Positions 12,137 to 26,483 of a DNA stretch of 58,743 nt are shown one piece after another. The DNA is from Octopus bimaculoides (Eukaryota): positions 17,023,777 to 17,082,519 of the forward strand of contig NC_068988.1 of NCBI RefSeq assembly GCF_001194135.2, given 5' to 3'. The translations under genes and the position numbers were made by a program. The notes beneath the pieces were generated by a model. It did no database searches, was not told the DNA's origin, and worked only from the letters and a program-made list of their open reading frames with translations. Position 1 is the stretch's first letter; each line of letters starts with the position of its first letter.

Positions 12137-12210
<74 letters not shown>
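12137..12210. repeat. (TATC)n microsatellite
   Basis: Direct reading. Confidence 0.95.
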
Positions 12211-12211
<1 letters not shown>

Positions 12212-13459
12212 TGCCACATGCGTACATATATATACATATACATACATCCACATATGTGTGTGTGTCACACTGCGTGAATGTGTGTGTGTATGTTCACCAG
12301 GTTTATATAATCTATATCGAATCTATCCATCTATAACGTTTGCATATATCTATATCGATAGGCATTGATCTAGTATGTTATACAGTTATTCATTTTCATT
12401 CTACCAGAGGAACATTCCTTTAGATAGTTAAGTATTGTAATATATACATATACATACATATACATGAACTAAAAAAAAAATATCCGCATCATATATCCTC
12501 AAATCAAAACTCCAGCTACATTTAGAGAAATATATGGAGTAATAAATATAAATCGTCTTCAAGTAAAGATTAAGTATATATTCATTTGACAAAATAACAA
12601 TTCGTTTCAAGTTATGTATTAAGCATAGATATCGAAATAAAAAGTAAGATTATGAAAGATAATTATGAGTTATTCAACATGCAGTAATAGTAGCAGTAGT
12701 AGGGACAACAACAGAAACATCAACATCATCGGTTGCAGTAAAAACTACAGTAACATCATCAACACGAACATCATCTTCCACAACAAAAACATCTATACAC
12801 CCATGAGCTGGTTACTAAACATTTGCCCCTAACCAACAAACAACTGTTGCGCGTATCTTCTTATTTAACAACAATAACAACATAAACCTTTCAAGATGAT
12901 GCTCCCTGTGAATGATAGGTGAGTGTAATTAGTTTCTTTTGTTAATTGTGTGTGTGTTATATTGTGTGAGGCTTTCTTAATATTCTTCCTACAGAACACA
13001 TATACATAGAGATATAGACGTATACACATGCTCACACAGATATATGCACGCAAACAAACGTACACATACGGACGCATACACAGGCATATACTCACAATGT
13101 AATAATGTACACTAATTTGGACAGACGAGGGAGCTCTTAGTCGGTTGTTGGCCCTTCTAGAAAGAGCTGCCAAACAACCCTGAATAGCTACTACTGTATT
13201 AAAGAACAAAGGGATATATCAAACAATATAATTCTAAACACAAAATAAAGGAATAAGATCTCACGGTAAGAATAAATGTGATCAGAGGTCTGTTCTGTCA
13301 GACGTGGCCCAGCCGGGGCTAAACGATAGCGACAACAACATGATCATACTTAATCCTTTATTAAGTGGGACCCTGTATATTTCTAACTATTATGAATGAC
13401 ACTTAGCTAAACAATTACAGAAAGTTACCATTGCTCTTCTTTTCCATATTTATTCACAC

Positions 13460-13508
<49 letters not shown>

Positions 13509-14004
13509 NNNNNNNNNNNNNNNNNNNNNNNNNNNNNNNNNNNNNNNNNNNNNNNNNNNNNNNNNNNNNNNNNNNNNNNNNNNNNNNNNNNNNNNNNNNN
13601 NNNNNNNNNNNNNNNNNNNNNNNNNNNNNNNNNNNNNNNNNNNNNNNNNNNNNNNNNNNNNNNNNNNNNNNNNNNNNNNNNNNNNNNNNNNNNNNNNNNN
13701 NNNNNNNNNNNNNNNNNNNNNNNNNNNNNNNNNNNNNNNNNNNNNNNNNNNNNNNNNNNNNNNNNNNNNNNNNNNNNNNNNNNNNNNNNNNNNNNNNNNN
13801 NNNNNNNNNNNNNNNNNNNNNNNNNNNNNNNNNNNNNNNNNNNNNNNNNNNNNNNNNNNNNNNNNNNNNNNNNNNNNNNNNNNNNNNNNNNNNNNNNNNN
13901 NNNNNNNNNNNNNNNNNNNNNNNNNNNNNNNNNNNNNNNNNNNNNNNNNNNNNNNNNNNNNNNNNNNNNNNNNNNNNNNNNNNNNNNNNNNNNNNNNNNN
14001 NNNN

Positions 14005-14036
<32 letters not shown>

Positions 14037-15164
14037 TAATTGTATGTATAAGTGCGTTAGTATGTTAAGATGTATGGATCTCGCTCTCTGTCTATCTGTC
14101 TATCTATCTATCTATCTACCTATTTATCAATCTAGCTGTTTGTCTCTCTCTTTGTTTGTTTGTTTATATATCAGTCAGTCAACTTTTGTATCTCTTTGTA
14201 TGCCTGTCGATCTCTCTGTCTATCTATCTCTCTATCTATCTATCTATCTGCCTATATCTTTATCTATGTGATTTTCTATCCACACTTCTGTCTCTCAAAT
14301 TGCCCGACACTCTCTCCTTACACAAACAAACACTCACACACGCAAGTTCCCACACCCATTCACTCAAAAGAACCTGGTTGTTTACATTCCTGAGTGTGTA
14401 TCTACGACTAATATGGAAGATGTACATAGCATTTTATATAACTAGTTCATTGGTTCATTGCACACTTAATATCTAAATATCTACTCGACCATTTATCTAT
14501 ATTAGTGAACGTCTATATGTTTGTTTCTCTGGCTGTTTAGTTCTATCGCTATTTATCGTATTATACAGATTATTTGATATCTGCCAATCATTTATATAAC
14601 TTTTCTGCATTATCTGAATCTTTCCAACCATCAATATAAGAAATTAACACTGCGCTTATTTTCCTTTCTATATTATCTTTTTTGTTCGTCTTCCTTATCA
14701 TTCTTTTTCTACTTAGTCTTCTGTTTTATTTTCTTGTTCTTTTGTCTTCTTTTCTTCTTTTCTTTGTCTACTTTCCTCTTCTTACTTGCGTTGTTTTCTT
14801 TTTCATTTTTCTTCTGACTTTATAAAATTTCTTGCTCTCCTTTTCAAAGCACTTAAACAGATATGCGCGGTGTGTGTGTCTGTATACGCTGGAAAGACAT
14901 GATTGAAAGGCCGTCTATTCATGACAAACAAATATGACTTTTACACTGTTATACAATGTGTCTTTCATTTTTAAAGAACGTAATTTGGATTTTCTTTAAG
15001 ATTTCACTGCTATATTTAGCAGGTCATGCAACAACATTAGATCTTACACAGTTTTTTTTCTCTTTTTTAAAATTTTTTTTATACAAGTGGTTTCCGATTG
15101 AGCACATTTTTGTTTCTCCTAGAAGCATTGTACATACATACACACATGCATACATACATACATT

Positions 15165-15195
<31 letters not shown>

Positions 15196-17690
15196 GTGTG
15201 TGTGTGTATGTATGTGTGTATGTGTGTCTGTGTATATGTGTGTGTGTATGTGTGTGTGCATACATATGCATTTACATTATCGATATAGCTATAAATGTGA
15301 AGTCTTATGCCTGAATGCTTCGCAAGTTTTCTTCCTATCTTTATTAACTGTCATTATCTTTATAAATTTCACACCTTGCTCTCCCTATCTATCAATAACG
15401 AAGTCATATCAATTTAACTATCTAGCTATTAGTTTTCGAACCAATAGGCTGCTATGTGTAACTCAATAAATTTATACTTCACAAAGTCATCATTGGAAAT
15501 GCTCTTTCCTTATTTTATAACTAACACTGATTAAATTTTACTCTGCCTGAACACGCTTCCTTACAAACACAATCACACACATCAAACACATAGATATAAG
15601 AAGATATATCATCAGATGTATATTTTATTTTCCTTCAAAACTAATATATCTTTTCTCCTTTAAAACACGTAGTCCAGTTATGCTGATAATGTAGCATTGT
15701 GTGGTGCTGTTCGATGCCCATTTTTTTAATATTTTTTATCCAGTTTTTATGCTTTAACACGGAAAAATATTCCAGTGTAAAGTACTCTACAATCTGGTTT
15801 ATATCTTTTGTTAGGCTTCTATGACCTTCCCAATCGTAGAATTCATTTAACATAAATTTAAGAAGTGTATGTTATTTTACTCAAATTCTTTCGCCTGAAT
15901 CTGGTTTGGAGAATAGGTTTCATTTAAAGTGGCAGTTGATTACAAATGACTACCAACAGTGAGAAGTTTCGATGTATACTGATGCGTAAAATTGTATGCA
16001 TTCAGTAAGTCCCAAATAGGTGTTAATTGTGAATGCAGGATTATATTCTGTGTCTTTTCAACAGTAAATATAGCCAGTCACTGATTATGTGAAAATTTCA
16101 AGAACTAATATAATTCTAATATAGCATGTATAGTACATAGTCGTCTCTGAATAGGTGGATACTGCTATATAGTGTTGGTTAATGCGTATAAGTTCGTATT
16201 TCGATTCCGCTAAATATTTCATATTATATTCTTTTCATCTTATTCAATTATGAGCTGTGCGTAGAACAGTTTCGATTACAATTTGTATCCGTTTATGTTT
16301 GATCCCTATATTCGATTAATTACAGTGAAATATTTTTCATCATTTATGTGTTTCATTATCATACGAGAAATGGTTATAATTGTTTAGTTGGTTAATCTCC
16401 AGCATCCGGGGTCATGATTTTTAGCTATCCGAATTAGAAAATTGGTTTCGATTTCCAATATGAGCTATTTCTTTTATGTTTACTAACTTGGAACATGTAT
16501 AAGCATAACAGCTTCCTGTTCCATTTTTCTCTGTGGAATTAAGGGATCATGTCTCTCCAAAGAATGTATTCAATAATTGAGATAAATATTAGATGTATAG
16601 CTATTTGAAGAATCATTAAGATACATGGTGCCTGGTGTAAGGAAGCTGCAATGAAGACAGCAATGCATTTATTTATGTCACAATCGAGTAAAGATTTTGA
16701 ATGTTTTTGAAGTATGTTTCTCGAAATAAATACGGCACCTCAAAACGATCGAAGTTGGCAAATCGAAAGGCTATTGAAAACAGAGGAAACTCGAAATAAA
16801 GGTTAATATGGCCGAAAGTAGATATTATTGTAAAGTATAAACTTAGTCTATATACATNNNNNNNNNNNNNNNNNNNNNNNNNNNNNNNNNNNNNNNNNNN
16901 NNNNNNNNNNNNNNNNNNNNNNNNNNNNNNNNNNNNNNNNNNNNNNNNNNNNNNNNNNNNNNNNNNNNNNNNNNNNNNNNNNNNNNNNNNNNNNNNNNNN
17001 NNNNNNNNNNNNNNNNNNNNNNNNNNNNNNNNNNNNTATATATATATATATATATATATATATGCATATATGTACACCGAATTCTTAATGTTGCAGATAC
17101 ACTTTCACGCACACCTTCTGGTTTTAGCATTTTTATACGAATTCAGATTTTAGGAGGCATATTTACTTGATATTTAGTCCTGATTGTAATTTATTTTAAA
17201 CACATGAGGATATAAACATTATTGTTGAAACAACAATACAGGGCGTCCATGCACGGATCCTCAATATGTTTATTACTTATATATTCTTATATATTTTGTA
17301 GATTTACACGCTACATTATATAGTTCCGTTAATAGATCATTAAAGTGTCTTATTTTCAATCTCAGATTATCTTTAGCTAATTACTACAATGCATTAATTG
17401 TAGTCGCATATCTTACCTGAAGAACATGTTGAAATTTGGCTCACATCTTTAATGCTTCTCTATAAGCGGTGCCACAGGTAGAATTTTACGATTCAGTTCT
17501 TCTCTACAGGTGCTAATATGTTATGGCTTTGTACTAAATATTGTCTTTGAATCGTCGTGTCTTAAATTAAATACGGGTACGAATTTGAATATTTAGAACA
17601 ATTATTTCAAACGGATGCATTTGTATGCATGTGTGTGTGTATCTACACACATTAAACTCATCAATTTATCTACCCCTTCATCTACCCAGG

Positions 17691-17721
<31 letters not shown>

Positions 17722-18882
17722 GAAGGTTTGAAAATGCACTTATTTTTTAAAAATATTTATTTACTTAACCGGTTTCACTTTTTTAGAAAAAGATTATCAA
17801 AAGTCTTTGAGAATAATAAAAAATGTTAAAAAAACAGTCTGGGTATTAAAATGCATATGTACATTCTTTGATGATAAAATATATTTAAAGTATAAAGCTT
17901 TGTATGAACTTTGTAGTGTTACATACTGATTGTCACACATTCTCTGATATTAAGGTGAAAATGCAGTTTTATGNNNNNNNNNNNNNNNNNNNNNNNNNNN
18001 NNNNNNNNNNNNNNNNNNNNNNNNNNNNNNNNNNNNNNNNNNNNNNNNNNNNNNNNNNNNNNNNNNNNNNNNNNNNNNNNNNNNNNNNNNNNNNNNNNNN
18101 NNNNNNNNNNNNNNNNNNNNNNNNNNNNNNNNNNNNNNNNNNNNNNNNNNNNNNNNNNNNNNNNNNNNNNNNNNNNNNNNNNNNNNNNNNNNNNNNNNNN
18201 NNNNNNNNNNNNNNNNNNNNNNNNNNNNNNNNNNNNNNNNNNNNNNNNNNNNNNNNNNNNNNNNNNNNNNNNNNNNNNNNNNNNNNNNNNNNNNNNNNNN
18301 NNNNNNNNNNNNNNNNNNNNNNNNNNNNNNNNNNNNNNNNNNNNNNNNNNNNNNNNNNNNNNNNNNNNNNNNNNNNNNNNNNNNNNNNNNNNNNNNNNNN
18401 NNNNNNNNNNNNNNNNNNNNNNNNNNNNNNNNNNNNNNNNNNNNNNNNNNNNNNNNNNNNNNNNNNNNNNNNNNNNNNNNNNNNNNNNNNNNNNNNNNNN
18501 NNNNNNNNNNNNNNNNNNNNNNNNNNNNNNNNNNNNNNNNNNNNNNNNNNNNNNNNNNNNNNNNNNNNNNNNNNNNNNNNNNNNNNNNNNNNNNNNNNNN
18601 NNNNNNNNNNNNNNNNNNNNNNNNNNNNNNNNNNNNNNNNNNNNNNNNNNNNNNNNNNNNNNNNNNNNNNNNNNNNNNNNNNNNNNNNNNNNNNNNNNNN
18701 NNNNNNNNNNNNNNNNNNNNNNNNNNNNNNNNNNNNNNNNNTATACATATATATATATATATACTGAGAGAGAGGGAGATAAAGAGAGAGAGCAACACAC
18801 GCACACAATCATGGGCACAAGTACGTATGTGTTTATGTATGTCTGCATCCCAGCATGATTTCAATACATACAGATGATACTC

Positions 18883-18944
<62 letters not shown>

Positions 18945-19472
18945 TGTTTCAATGAATGAAACAGGATGGATAACATTCTATGTTTTGAGAAAGAATGGAT
19001 TTCCCTTTTCTTTTTTTGTTTTGTTTTCAATAACCAGCCTTCTCAACTAAGTTGGTAGGTGATTGCAGCCTGCGGTCCAAGAAATATAACCCAGACCATA
19101 ATTCATATCGCACCCTACATACTTTCATAACGAAGGAACATATTGGATACACCCTATATCTTAAAAAAAAAAACGAAAAAACTTATGCATTTCTACTTCT
19201 CTCCGTGACTACGATTCAGGTCTGCTCAGTAGACGTTCCATTGGTGTACAACCAAAACATACGATAGACAAGGCTGTAGTATTAACAGTACTGGCACTAA
19301 CGTGTGTGTGTATTTCAATACACATTTAGCTATATTTGATTACGTTTCCCTGTAAAACATTTCATTGATTACAGCTTGCGTGGAAAACACTTTCTGACCG
19401 CTGTATCTATAGTCGTCCTTACAATCAATTCAAAGGTGATGATTGTTCGTATCTCTCTCATATTTTCTAAAA

Positions 19473-19484
19473 ATTATTATTATT

Positions 19485-19520
<36 letters not shown>

Positions 19521-19612
19521 CTTCTTCTTCTTCTTCTTCTTCTTCTTCTTCTTCTTCTTCTTCTTCTTCTTCTTCTTCTTCTTCTTCTTCTCCTTCTAAT
19601 TATTATTATCAT
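19473..19612. repeat. Compound (ATT)n-(GTT)n-(CTT)n microsatellite
   Basis: Direct reading. It produces the poly-R/T/S/L ORFs in the track. Confidence 0.95.
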
Positions 19613-19857
19613 CATATATATTGGTTTTGCTTTAGTCTTTACGAGTCTTAACCAGAGACGTCAAGATACAACAAGCTTTTGCAACGTCCGAAGATGTTGA
19701 CATGGGATGTGCCATGCAATTGAAAACACTGATTGCCGTGATATCTGTTGTCAAAAAAAGAAAATAGAAAACCGAGTGAGCAGGGTTGCATTTATGTGGA
19801 GAGGAATTTACGTACCATGTATGAGGTACCCATCTGCAAGTATATTGGCAAACTGGC

Positions 19858-19985
19858 AAGTTGACAGAATTGTTAAATCGCTGGTACTCGTTCACGGCTC
19901 TTTACCATCTAATTTCAAATGCAACTGAGGTCAATTTACCCGTTTCCCTCCGGGTTTGATGAAATGAGGTAGCGGTTAAGTGATC
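19858..19985 (+). mobile_element. Highly decayed SINE family A copy
   Basis: GACAGAATTGTTA...TTCAAATGCAACTGAGGTCAATTTACC...CTCCGGGTTTGATGAAATGAGGTA resembles the copy at 52291-52521. Confidence 0.45.
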
Positions 19986-22954
19986 GGGAGGAATAGTATC
20001 AACTACTCCTCTCTCACATGATCGCTGGTTTTCGGCTTATGTTAGACACCATTATTACCATTGCTATTATTATTCTTATTTATTTGAAGTCTGCTTTGTG
20101 GCAGTGGAAAGTAAATAAGGAACCTACCCACAGACCGGATATGCAAAAGAATGAATCCTATCGAAAGTACACGAGATCCAGATAGTTATATTATACCAAG
20201 AGGTCGATTGCGTCTAGCATAACAGTAAGCCAATGATCAATAAAATGCCGTTCCAATATGTGAGGGCAACAGACGTTCTGCTCTATTTTCAGTAGTATTT
20301 TACACATTGTTCATAGAAGGCTTAAATTTACCGTAGAATATCGTGCTGGAGGTGGCTGCTTGAAATGATACTCCATATTTTTTTACAGTGAGCTCAACAA
20401 TAACATTTAGATTAACCTGTTTTACTAAAATATTTTCTATAGTAACTTTCAAGCGGCAGTACCAATGAGTATGTGTTGAAAACAATGATCGGTTAAATTC
20501 GGAAAACGGCTAATAATAGCGGTTATAATTTTTTCACGTTACATTTTTTTCTTTTAAATAACGTAACGTGTATTGTGATGGATTGCAGAACTATTGACAT
20601 AGAGTTTATTTTGGTCGACTAAAACTAAGATGTAAACAATTGGTATGGTGAGACAAAGATTTAAACACAATTATAAAATGTACCAGTGAACATATATATA
20701 TATATGTGTATGTATATATNNNNNNNNNNNNNNNNNNNNNNNNNNNNNNNNNNNNNNNNNNNNNNNNNNNNNNNNNNNNNNNNNNNTATATATATATATA
20801 TATATATTGCGTTTGTAATAGCAGTATAATAAAATAAAAGACAGGGACATAGGTAAGAGAGATTATTACCCAAGAGTGGACAATGAGAATATATGTTCAA
20901 TGTGCTACTCAAAGGTGCAAAATCAGGGAACTATTTAAAATGCAACCTGATTTAATTGAACATAGGTTTATCTAAACGAGTGGTACTAAGTCGACTAATA
21001 CATACATACACCCACCACTCACACACACACACACATACACACAAAATATTGTGCAATCATTTTCGCTTGTGTCCTCTATTTGAGTGTTGAGTCTGTGGAA
21101 CTGTGAGTAAAGCTTTCGCTGAAAGAGTGGTGAAATTAAAAATAAAAAGGCTTAATTGTTTTAAGTCCGACTCAAACAAATGCACATTCTTCCTCTCTGA
21201 CATCTGTCATTGCTGGGCCTCTATCGCTCTATTCATATCGACAGAGGCAATCCATTTCGTTACCAATAACCTAGTTAAGAATAAAACAAGCACAAAAGTA
21301 AAACTGGCAGAATTTTATTCTGCCTGCGTCTGGGATAGCTTAACATCAATTAATTACGTTAATGACGATAAACGGGATGCTCCGCAAACGCAATCATGGA
21401 ACATTTTTGTCCTCCGAAAAAATTCTGTTCGTGACATCTGCCGATATCTTCAATTTCAGTCGTAAGAAATCTAATCTAAATTTAATGGTTGCTTTGCTTT
21501 GGAAAGGGCTATTGTGGTTCATGGACACGAACAATAAATAGATAAATAAATAAATAAAGCAGTTTTAAGGACGTGAGTCATTCAGTTCTGTCAATATGCA
21601 ATTCCGAGGTCTTTTCACTCGCTTGGTAAGTCAGCCTTCACATATCAGTTAATGTATTGGTTAACACCAAAGCAATTAGTTTTCGACTTTGCTATGGCTG
21701 CCCAGAACTTATATGAAGCTGGGGAAAACCTTGGCTGTATGTTCTACACAAAATGAGAAATTACTTTCCTGGCATAATGACCTGTCTTTATGGTAATGAG
21801 GAGTTATAAACCTAAACAATGTTCATGTACGTATACCTGGTCTCTTCTGAATCCAACTCAACACTTTTCAGGAACACTTGATTTTAAATTACCTTCGAAG
21901 CTCACTTAACTAAGTAGAACGTTCTAGAATTTTTTTCTGGGCATCTTCATTTCCCATGATAATACCACTAATCTAACCGACATCTTAATGTCACTCTTAG
22001 ACATTATAATTAACTAAGACTACAAAAAATATAATTACTGTTTCCAGAAAATCTGCTGGGAAACAAGTCTTTCTTAATACTACAAAAGGCATCAGCTTTA
22101 ATTTACTCCAATACTACAAAAGGCCTCAGCTTTAATTTATAGGACAACAACTGCTTTGTCATCAGTAGAAATAAATCAGAAAGACAAATTTACTTCACAT
22201 TAATAATACCCACCCTTTCAACACTGTACTCTATATAGAACCTTAAACCTTTAATTTTTTTTTTTTTTGGAAAGCAATATTCTTTCTACACTAAAAAGAT
22301 GCGTGGGCGATCTCTTTGGACTTTCTATATTAAAGACCTACCATATAATTTTTCTAAAATTTTAATCAGCTATTCATCGCAATATCATGTAATATCTTGA
22401 ACTTAGTTATTGTAATATCTGAGTTAGAGAATATATTTAATGCTCCCCATTACAAGTTACCTTTTATAGCATAAAGCCTCCTTCACTATTCATTAAGTTA
22501 CAAAAACTCCCTGAACACTAGTTTTTGCCATCTTGTTTGAGACGTTTGCCATCTTGTTTTGCGTAGTTTTGTTTTGACTTTGTACAGTTTCCATGTTGAC
22601 CGACTTAAATTCACTTTCACATTGCTTTTCCTACTGTTGCTAATTTCAGAGTTGTTGATCTTGCAGCATAATGCTGATAGTGCAATTAATGTACAAAGCG
22701 TATCTCTTTGTTGATTGAAATTTAAAAGAAATCCCGGAAAGTAATAAACTCAATAAACAACCTAACACACAAACCTCGTACTTGCATATATACACAAACG
22801 TTGACGCACGTGCCCACCCCCACATATACATATATACAAACATACATAATACATACGTATATATATACGTATATNNNNNNNNNNNNNNNNNNNNNNNNNN
22901 NNNNNNNNNNNNNNNNNNNNNNNNNNNNNNNNNNNNNNNNNNNNNNNNNNNNNN

Positions 22955-22986
<32 letters not shown>

Positions 22987-23859
22987 GCGGTGGAATTTTC
23001 TCAAATCCTGTTTGGCAAGAAAGGTGTTGACTGACAATATTGGTGGTGGTTGTTCTTGGTGGTTATATGTATTGTTGTTGTTATATTTTGCGTAACTGCG
23101 TTTTTACTATTCTGTATTATTTTTATTTTGAAATGCCCCCTTTCAATCTTTTTTCGATCGATTGAATCATCGTTGCATTAATGAAATCATATTAACCAAT
23201 CCTTGTCATTTCATTTTAAAGTGTTACTAATAGGCGTAGGTCGTTTGTTTATGTGATTAGAGCATGCACCTTTCATAATATAGGAGTTGTATTGCTGATC
23301 CCGTTGATTCATTTAATTCGATATTTCTGTTGTACGCGAAATTTTCAACATATCCAGTTAGTTAAGGATATAGACGTAAATAACATGTTCTTAGGCAAAA
23401 TATTCGGATAAATATAAAAGTCATGCGGTAATGAGTACTTCGTCTATATGGAAATAATGCAGAGGAAAATTGCACAATTAGACTGAGTTCGTCTCGTTTA
23501 AAGTCTTGACATCAATTATTTTATTAGTTTCGTTTCTCATAGGACATGGTAGATAATTTTACTTACTCCGACAAAACTACAGAGAACACAGTTTTCGTTA
23601 ATATAAGGAAATAAACGCAAAACGTATTTCATAAATATTCATCATATTGAGTTTTAGATTTCTGGTGGAAACCCAGCATGAATTTCAAACTTAGAATGAA
23701 TTGATTTGTTAAAATAAGCATTCGACTAATTATTCAATATTAATTTTCTTAGCAATATAAAAAAAAGATTCACGGAAAGATTTGTGGATTAAAAATTATC
23801 TTTAATTATTAGGGAGATAACTGCTAACTGGAGGGTTTCTGCTTAGAATTAAACTATTT

Positions 23860-24290
23860 CTTTGGTCCATGCAGAAAAACTTCGGGGAAGTCAGGTGCTG
23901 GCAAAATGCTGTCGTTCTTCAGCTTTTTCTTGCCACCAGTTACTCTGGATTTCCTTTTGTCTGGCTTTTCATTGAATCTTCAGGTGTTTGAAATGCACCA
24001 TATTCTCCCACCATTATGGATATTGTTCATAGCTGATTTGGGCTTTTCATTATGCATTTATTAAGGCTGCAGTTCCAGGGTCATTTTTTATCAAGCTAAT
24101 CAAGATATGCATTTCTTCTACAACCGATCGTTGTTGCCACTGAATCATTTGCCACTTTTGAAATAGAGCGCCTTTCTGTGTCTATTGACGTCCTGTTAGG
24201 TATATTCAGATACAGTCGTGTCTCATAACCTGGAGAGATTATTCTTGTTTCTAGCCTCATTTTATGGGCAATATCAACGCTTGCATCGGA
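23860..24290 (-). mobile_element. RTE-clade LINE fragment (endonuclease-to-RT linker)
   Basis: Minus strand: SVATTIGCRRNAYLD*LDK(N)DP (degenerate DWFDEND) and RQKEIQSNWWQEKAEERQHFAST*LPRSFSAWTKEI (the RTE WW..KA.E.Q..AD motif). Confidence 0.75.
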
Positions 24291-24865
24291 GGTGTGTATG
24301 TGTGCCTGTCTATGTATGTGTAATTTCATCTCGGTAATTACCTTATAGTGTGCCTTATAAAACTCCTCTACGTATAACATAAGCTTAAGTACAGCAGACA
24401 TTCTCCTTTTACTACACACGCATGTGGATATCCGTTAATATCCACAGAATTCATACAAATCCAAAATAATAAAGATCCAATGAACAGATTCTAATCCAAA
24501 CCACTACAGTTGTTTCTTTGAATTTGCATCAGCTGTTAATTGTTGGCCCTTTTAGTTATTATACACATTAAGCATTAATATCACCCACCTTTCAGCTGTG
24601 TACCAACATATGCATATATATATNNNNNNNNNNNNNNNNNTATATATATATATATATATATATTTAATTATATGTATTTATTTTCTCCTATTAAAAATAA
24701 TTCGGATTAAAAAAATGGGTTAATAGATACCATGGTAGCAAAGATCACAAAATAATTGTGGTGTAACTCCTGTTAGTGAGGAAGAAACTCCTTGATATTT
24801 GGCGTATTTGAGTATATATAAATTTAAAGAATGGAGTAAACGCATGTTATAACTGCATACTTTTA

Positions 24866-24949
24866 TTCCAACATATGTTTCGAAGAATTACAATTTATGC
24901 GATCCATAGGAATCGGCGATGTTAAAAATGTAAGCTTCTCCTCAAGGAA
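24866..24949 (-). ncRNA. Type I hammerhead fold with extended stem II and a C3-to-U core change, followed by AATAAA (probable PLE pseudo-LTR remnant)
   Basis: Minus strand reads TTCC-TTGAGGA-GAAG-[49 nt]-CTTC-GAAA-CATATG-TT-GGAA-TAAAA. All three stems close in the correct order. Confidence 0.65.
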
Positions 24950-25080
24950 ATGTATTGGAACCAGCTTAAACGTAAGACATTATAACCGAGTATCAGAACT
25001 ATAGTTGGATAAGGTTATAACGTAATTCATTTGAGATTAGGACGCTACCAGATAGATAGTACGTTGGACAAGAAAAAGAA

Positions 25081-25404
25081 AAGAGATGGAAAATTCAGAG
25101 TGTAGAGTTGGGAGTAGATAGGATGATGTAATTCCAATAAAAAAATGTTGGAGAGGAATGTTATGTAATAAACATGCATTATACATGGGGTTAATACTGT
25201 GTTTCTATGAAAATATTGAGATGAATGTAAATAATCATTTATAATTATGTGTATGCGCATATATATACAAACAAACCCACATACACTCCAATAAATACAT
25301 AGATGCATATCTATATACACACATACGTACAAACCCACACTCACATATGCATACATACACACACATGTATATACATATATCAATATATACACATACACAT
25401 ATAC

Positions 25405-25435
<31 letters not shown>

Positions 25436-25636
25436 CATACACATATATACACATGCATACCCATATATACATAAATACATACATACATACACATACAATA
25501 TTTTCATAGAAACACAGGATTAACCCCATTTATAATGCCTGTTTATTACATAACATTCCTTTCCCCCAAAATTTTTTTATTGTATTTATATCATCCTATC
25601 TACTCCCAACTCTAAACTCTGAATTTCCCATCTCTT
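25081..25636. repeat. About 140-bp inverted repeat pair around a 277-bp TA/CA-rich spacer (MITE or foldback-like)
   Basis: 25081-25218 is the reverse complement of 25496-25636 (AAGAGATGG.AAATTCAGAGT.TAGAGTTGGGAGTAGATAGGATGAT...GGGGTTAAT.CTGTGTTTCTATGAAAATATTG), about 85-90% identical by eye. Confidence 0.85.
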
Positions 25637-25770
25637 CGGTAAATCAGATCGATAGAATAAGTGCTAGACTTACAAAGAATAAGTCATGGGTCGAGTTGCT
25701 CGACTAAACGCGGTACTCCAGCATGGCCACATTCAAATGACTGAAACAAGTACAAGAGTAAAAGAGTAAT
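25637..25770 (+). mobile_element. SINE family B, 3' half
   Basis: GATAGAATAAGTGCTAGACTTACAAAGAATAAG...CCAGCATGGCCACATTCAAATGACTGAAACAAGTACAAGAGTAAAAGAG matches 57400-57533. Confidence 0.8.
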
Positions 25771-26483
25771 GTTTCATAAAATTCTTTTGGGGAAGGTCAA
25801 TCAAAATTCGTTTCAGATTACGGCCACCTTTTCTATGATTTTAAGACGTTATAGGTTCAGTCGCATCCATACACGTATGGTTCATGGGATTTATTATCCT
25901 GATGTCTTATTTTCTTAATGATTTCTTAGACGTTTTTTTGCTATATGTCAATACACACCTTTTTTCTGTCTGTCGTCTGGTTGTAAATACTTCACTACTA
26001 CCTAACTTTGTTTTCGTAATTTAGTTTGTTTCCTTTTTTACTTTCAATCAGTATCGCAATTGATGCCCTTGTCATTTTCCGACCTCCACGCATAATCTAA
26101 TCAAGAGATCCACGATCGGATGATCAATAATTTATTCAGCCTATCAAATGAATGATAGTTGGATATTTGGGATAAATTAAGACAGTGAGGCAGCATCAGT
26201 ATGAAATTGTGCAGCACATCCTAGCAGGTTTTGTGGCTACAAATAGATTTTCATTGGTTTATTCTGTTGGCGTTGTGATTGCTGCTCATGATTAGGTCAG
26301 CTCTCATCAAGATTTTTAATGATCAATAGGGCTTAGGTTAATGATGTAATTATTACAACCATTTCGGAAACTACTCCCAATGCTTAATGCATTCATGTTT
26401 TATTTCCTCTGTTTCTAATGAGAGTTGACTTGTAATTTTATGAGAAATAACGATCCTCAATTTCCCCATATGCCCATGTGAAA

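Noticed and set aside
15641-15853. Protein-like 70-aa minus-strand ORF (FYDWEGHRSL...)
   Set aside because: No family recognised and no convincing splice sites.
17410-17445. CTGAAGA...GAAA spacing, plus nearby splice-like signals
   Set aside because: Stems I and II do not pair, and the candidate exon frames contain stops.
21103-21465. 120-aa non-repetitive ORF
   Set aside because: No recognisable motif, starts at GTG, and has no supporting splice context. An ORF of this length can arise by chance in 58 kb.
22076-22139. 34-bp tandem duplication
   Set aside because: Real but small and ordinary slippage.
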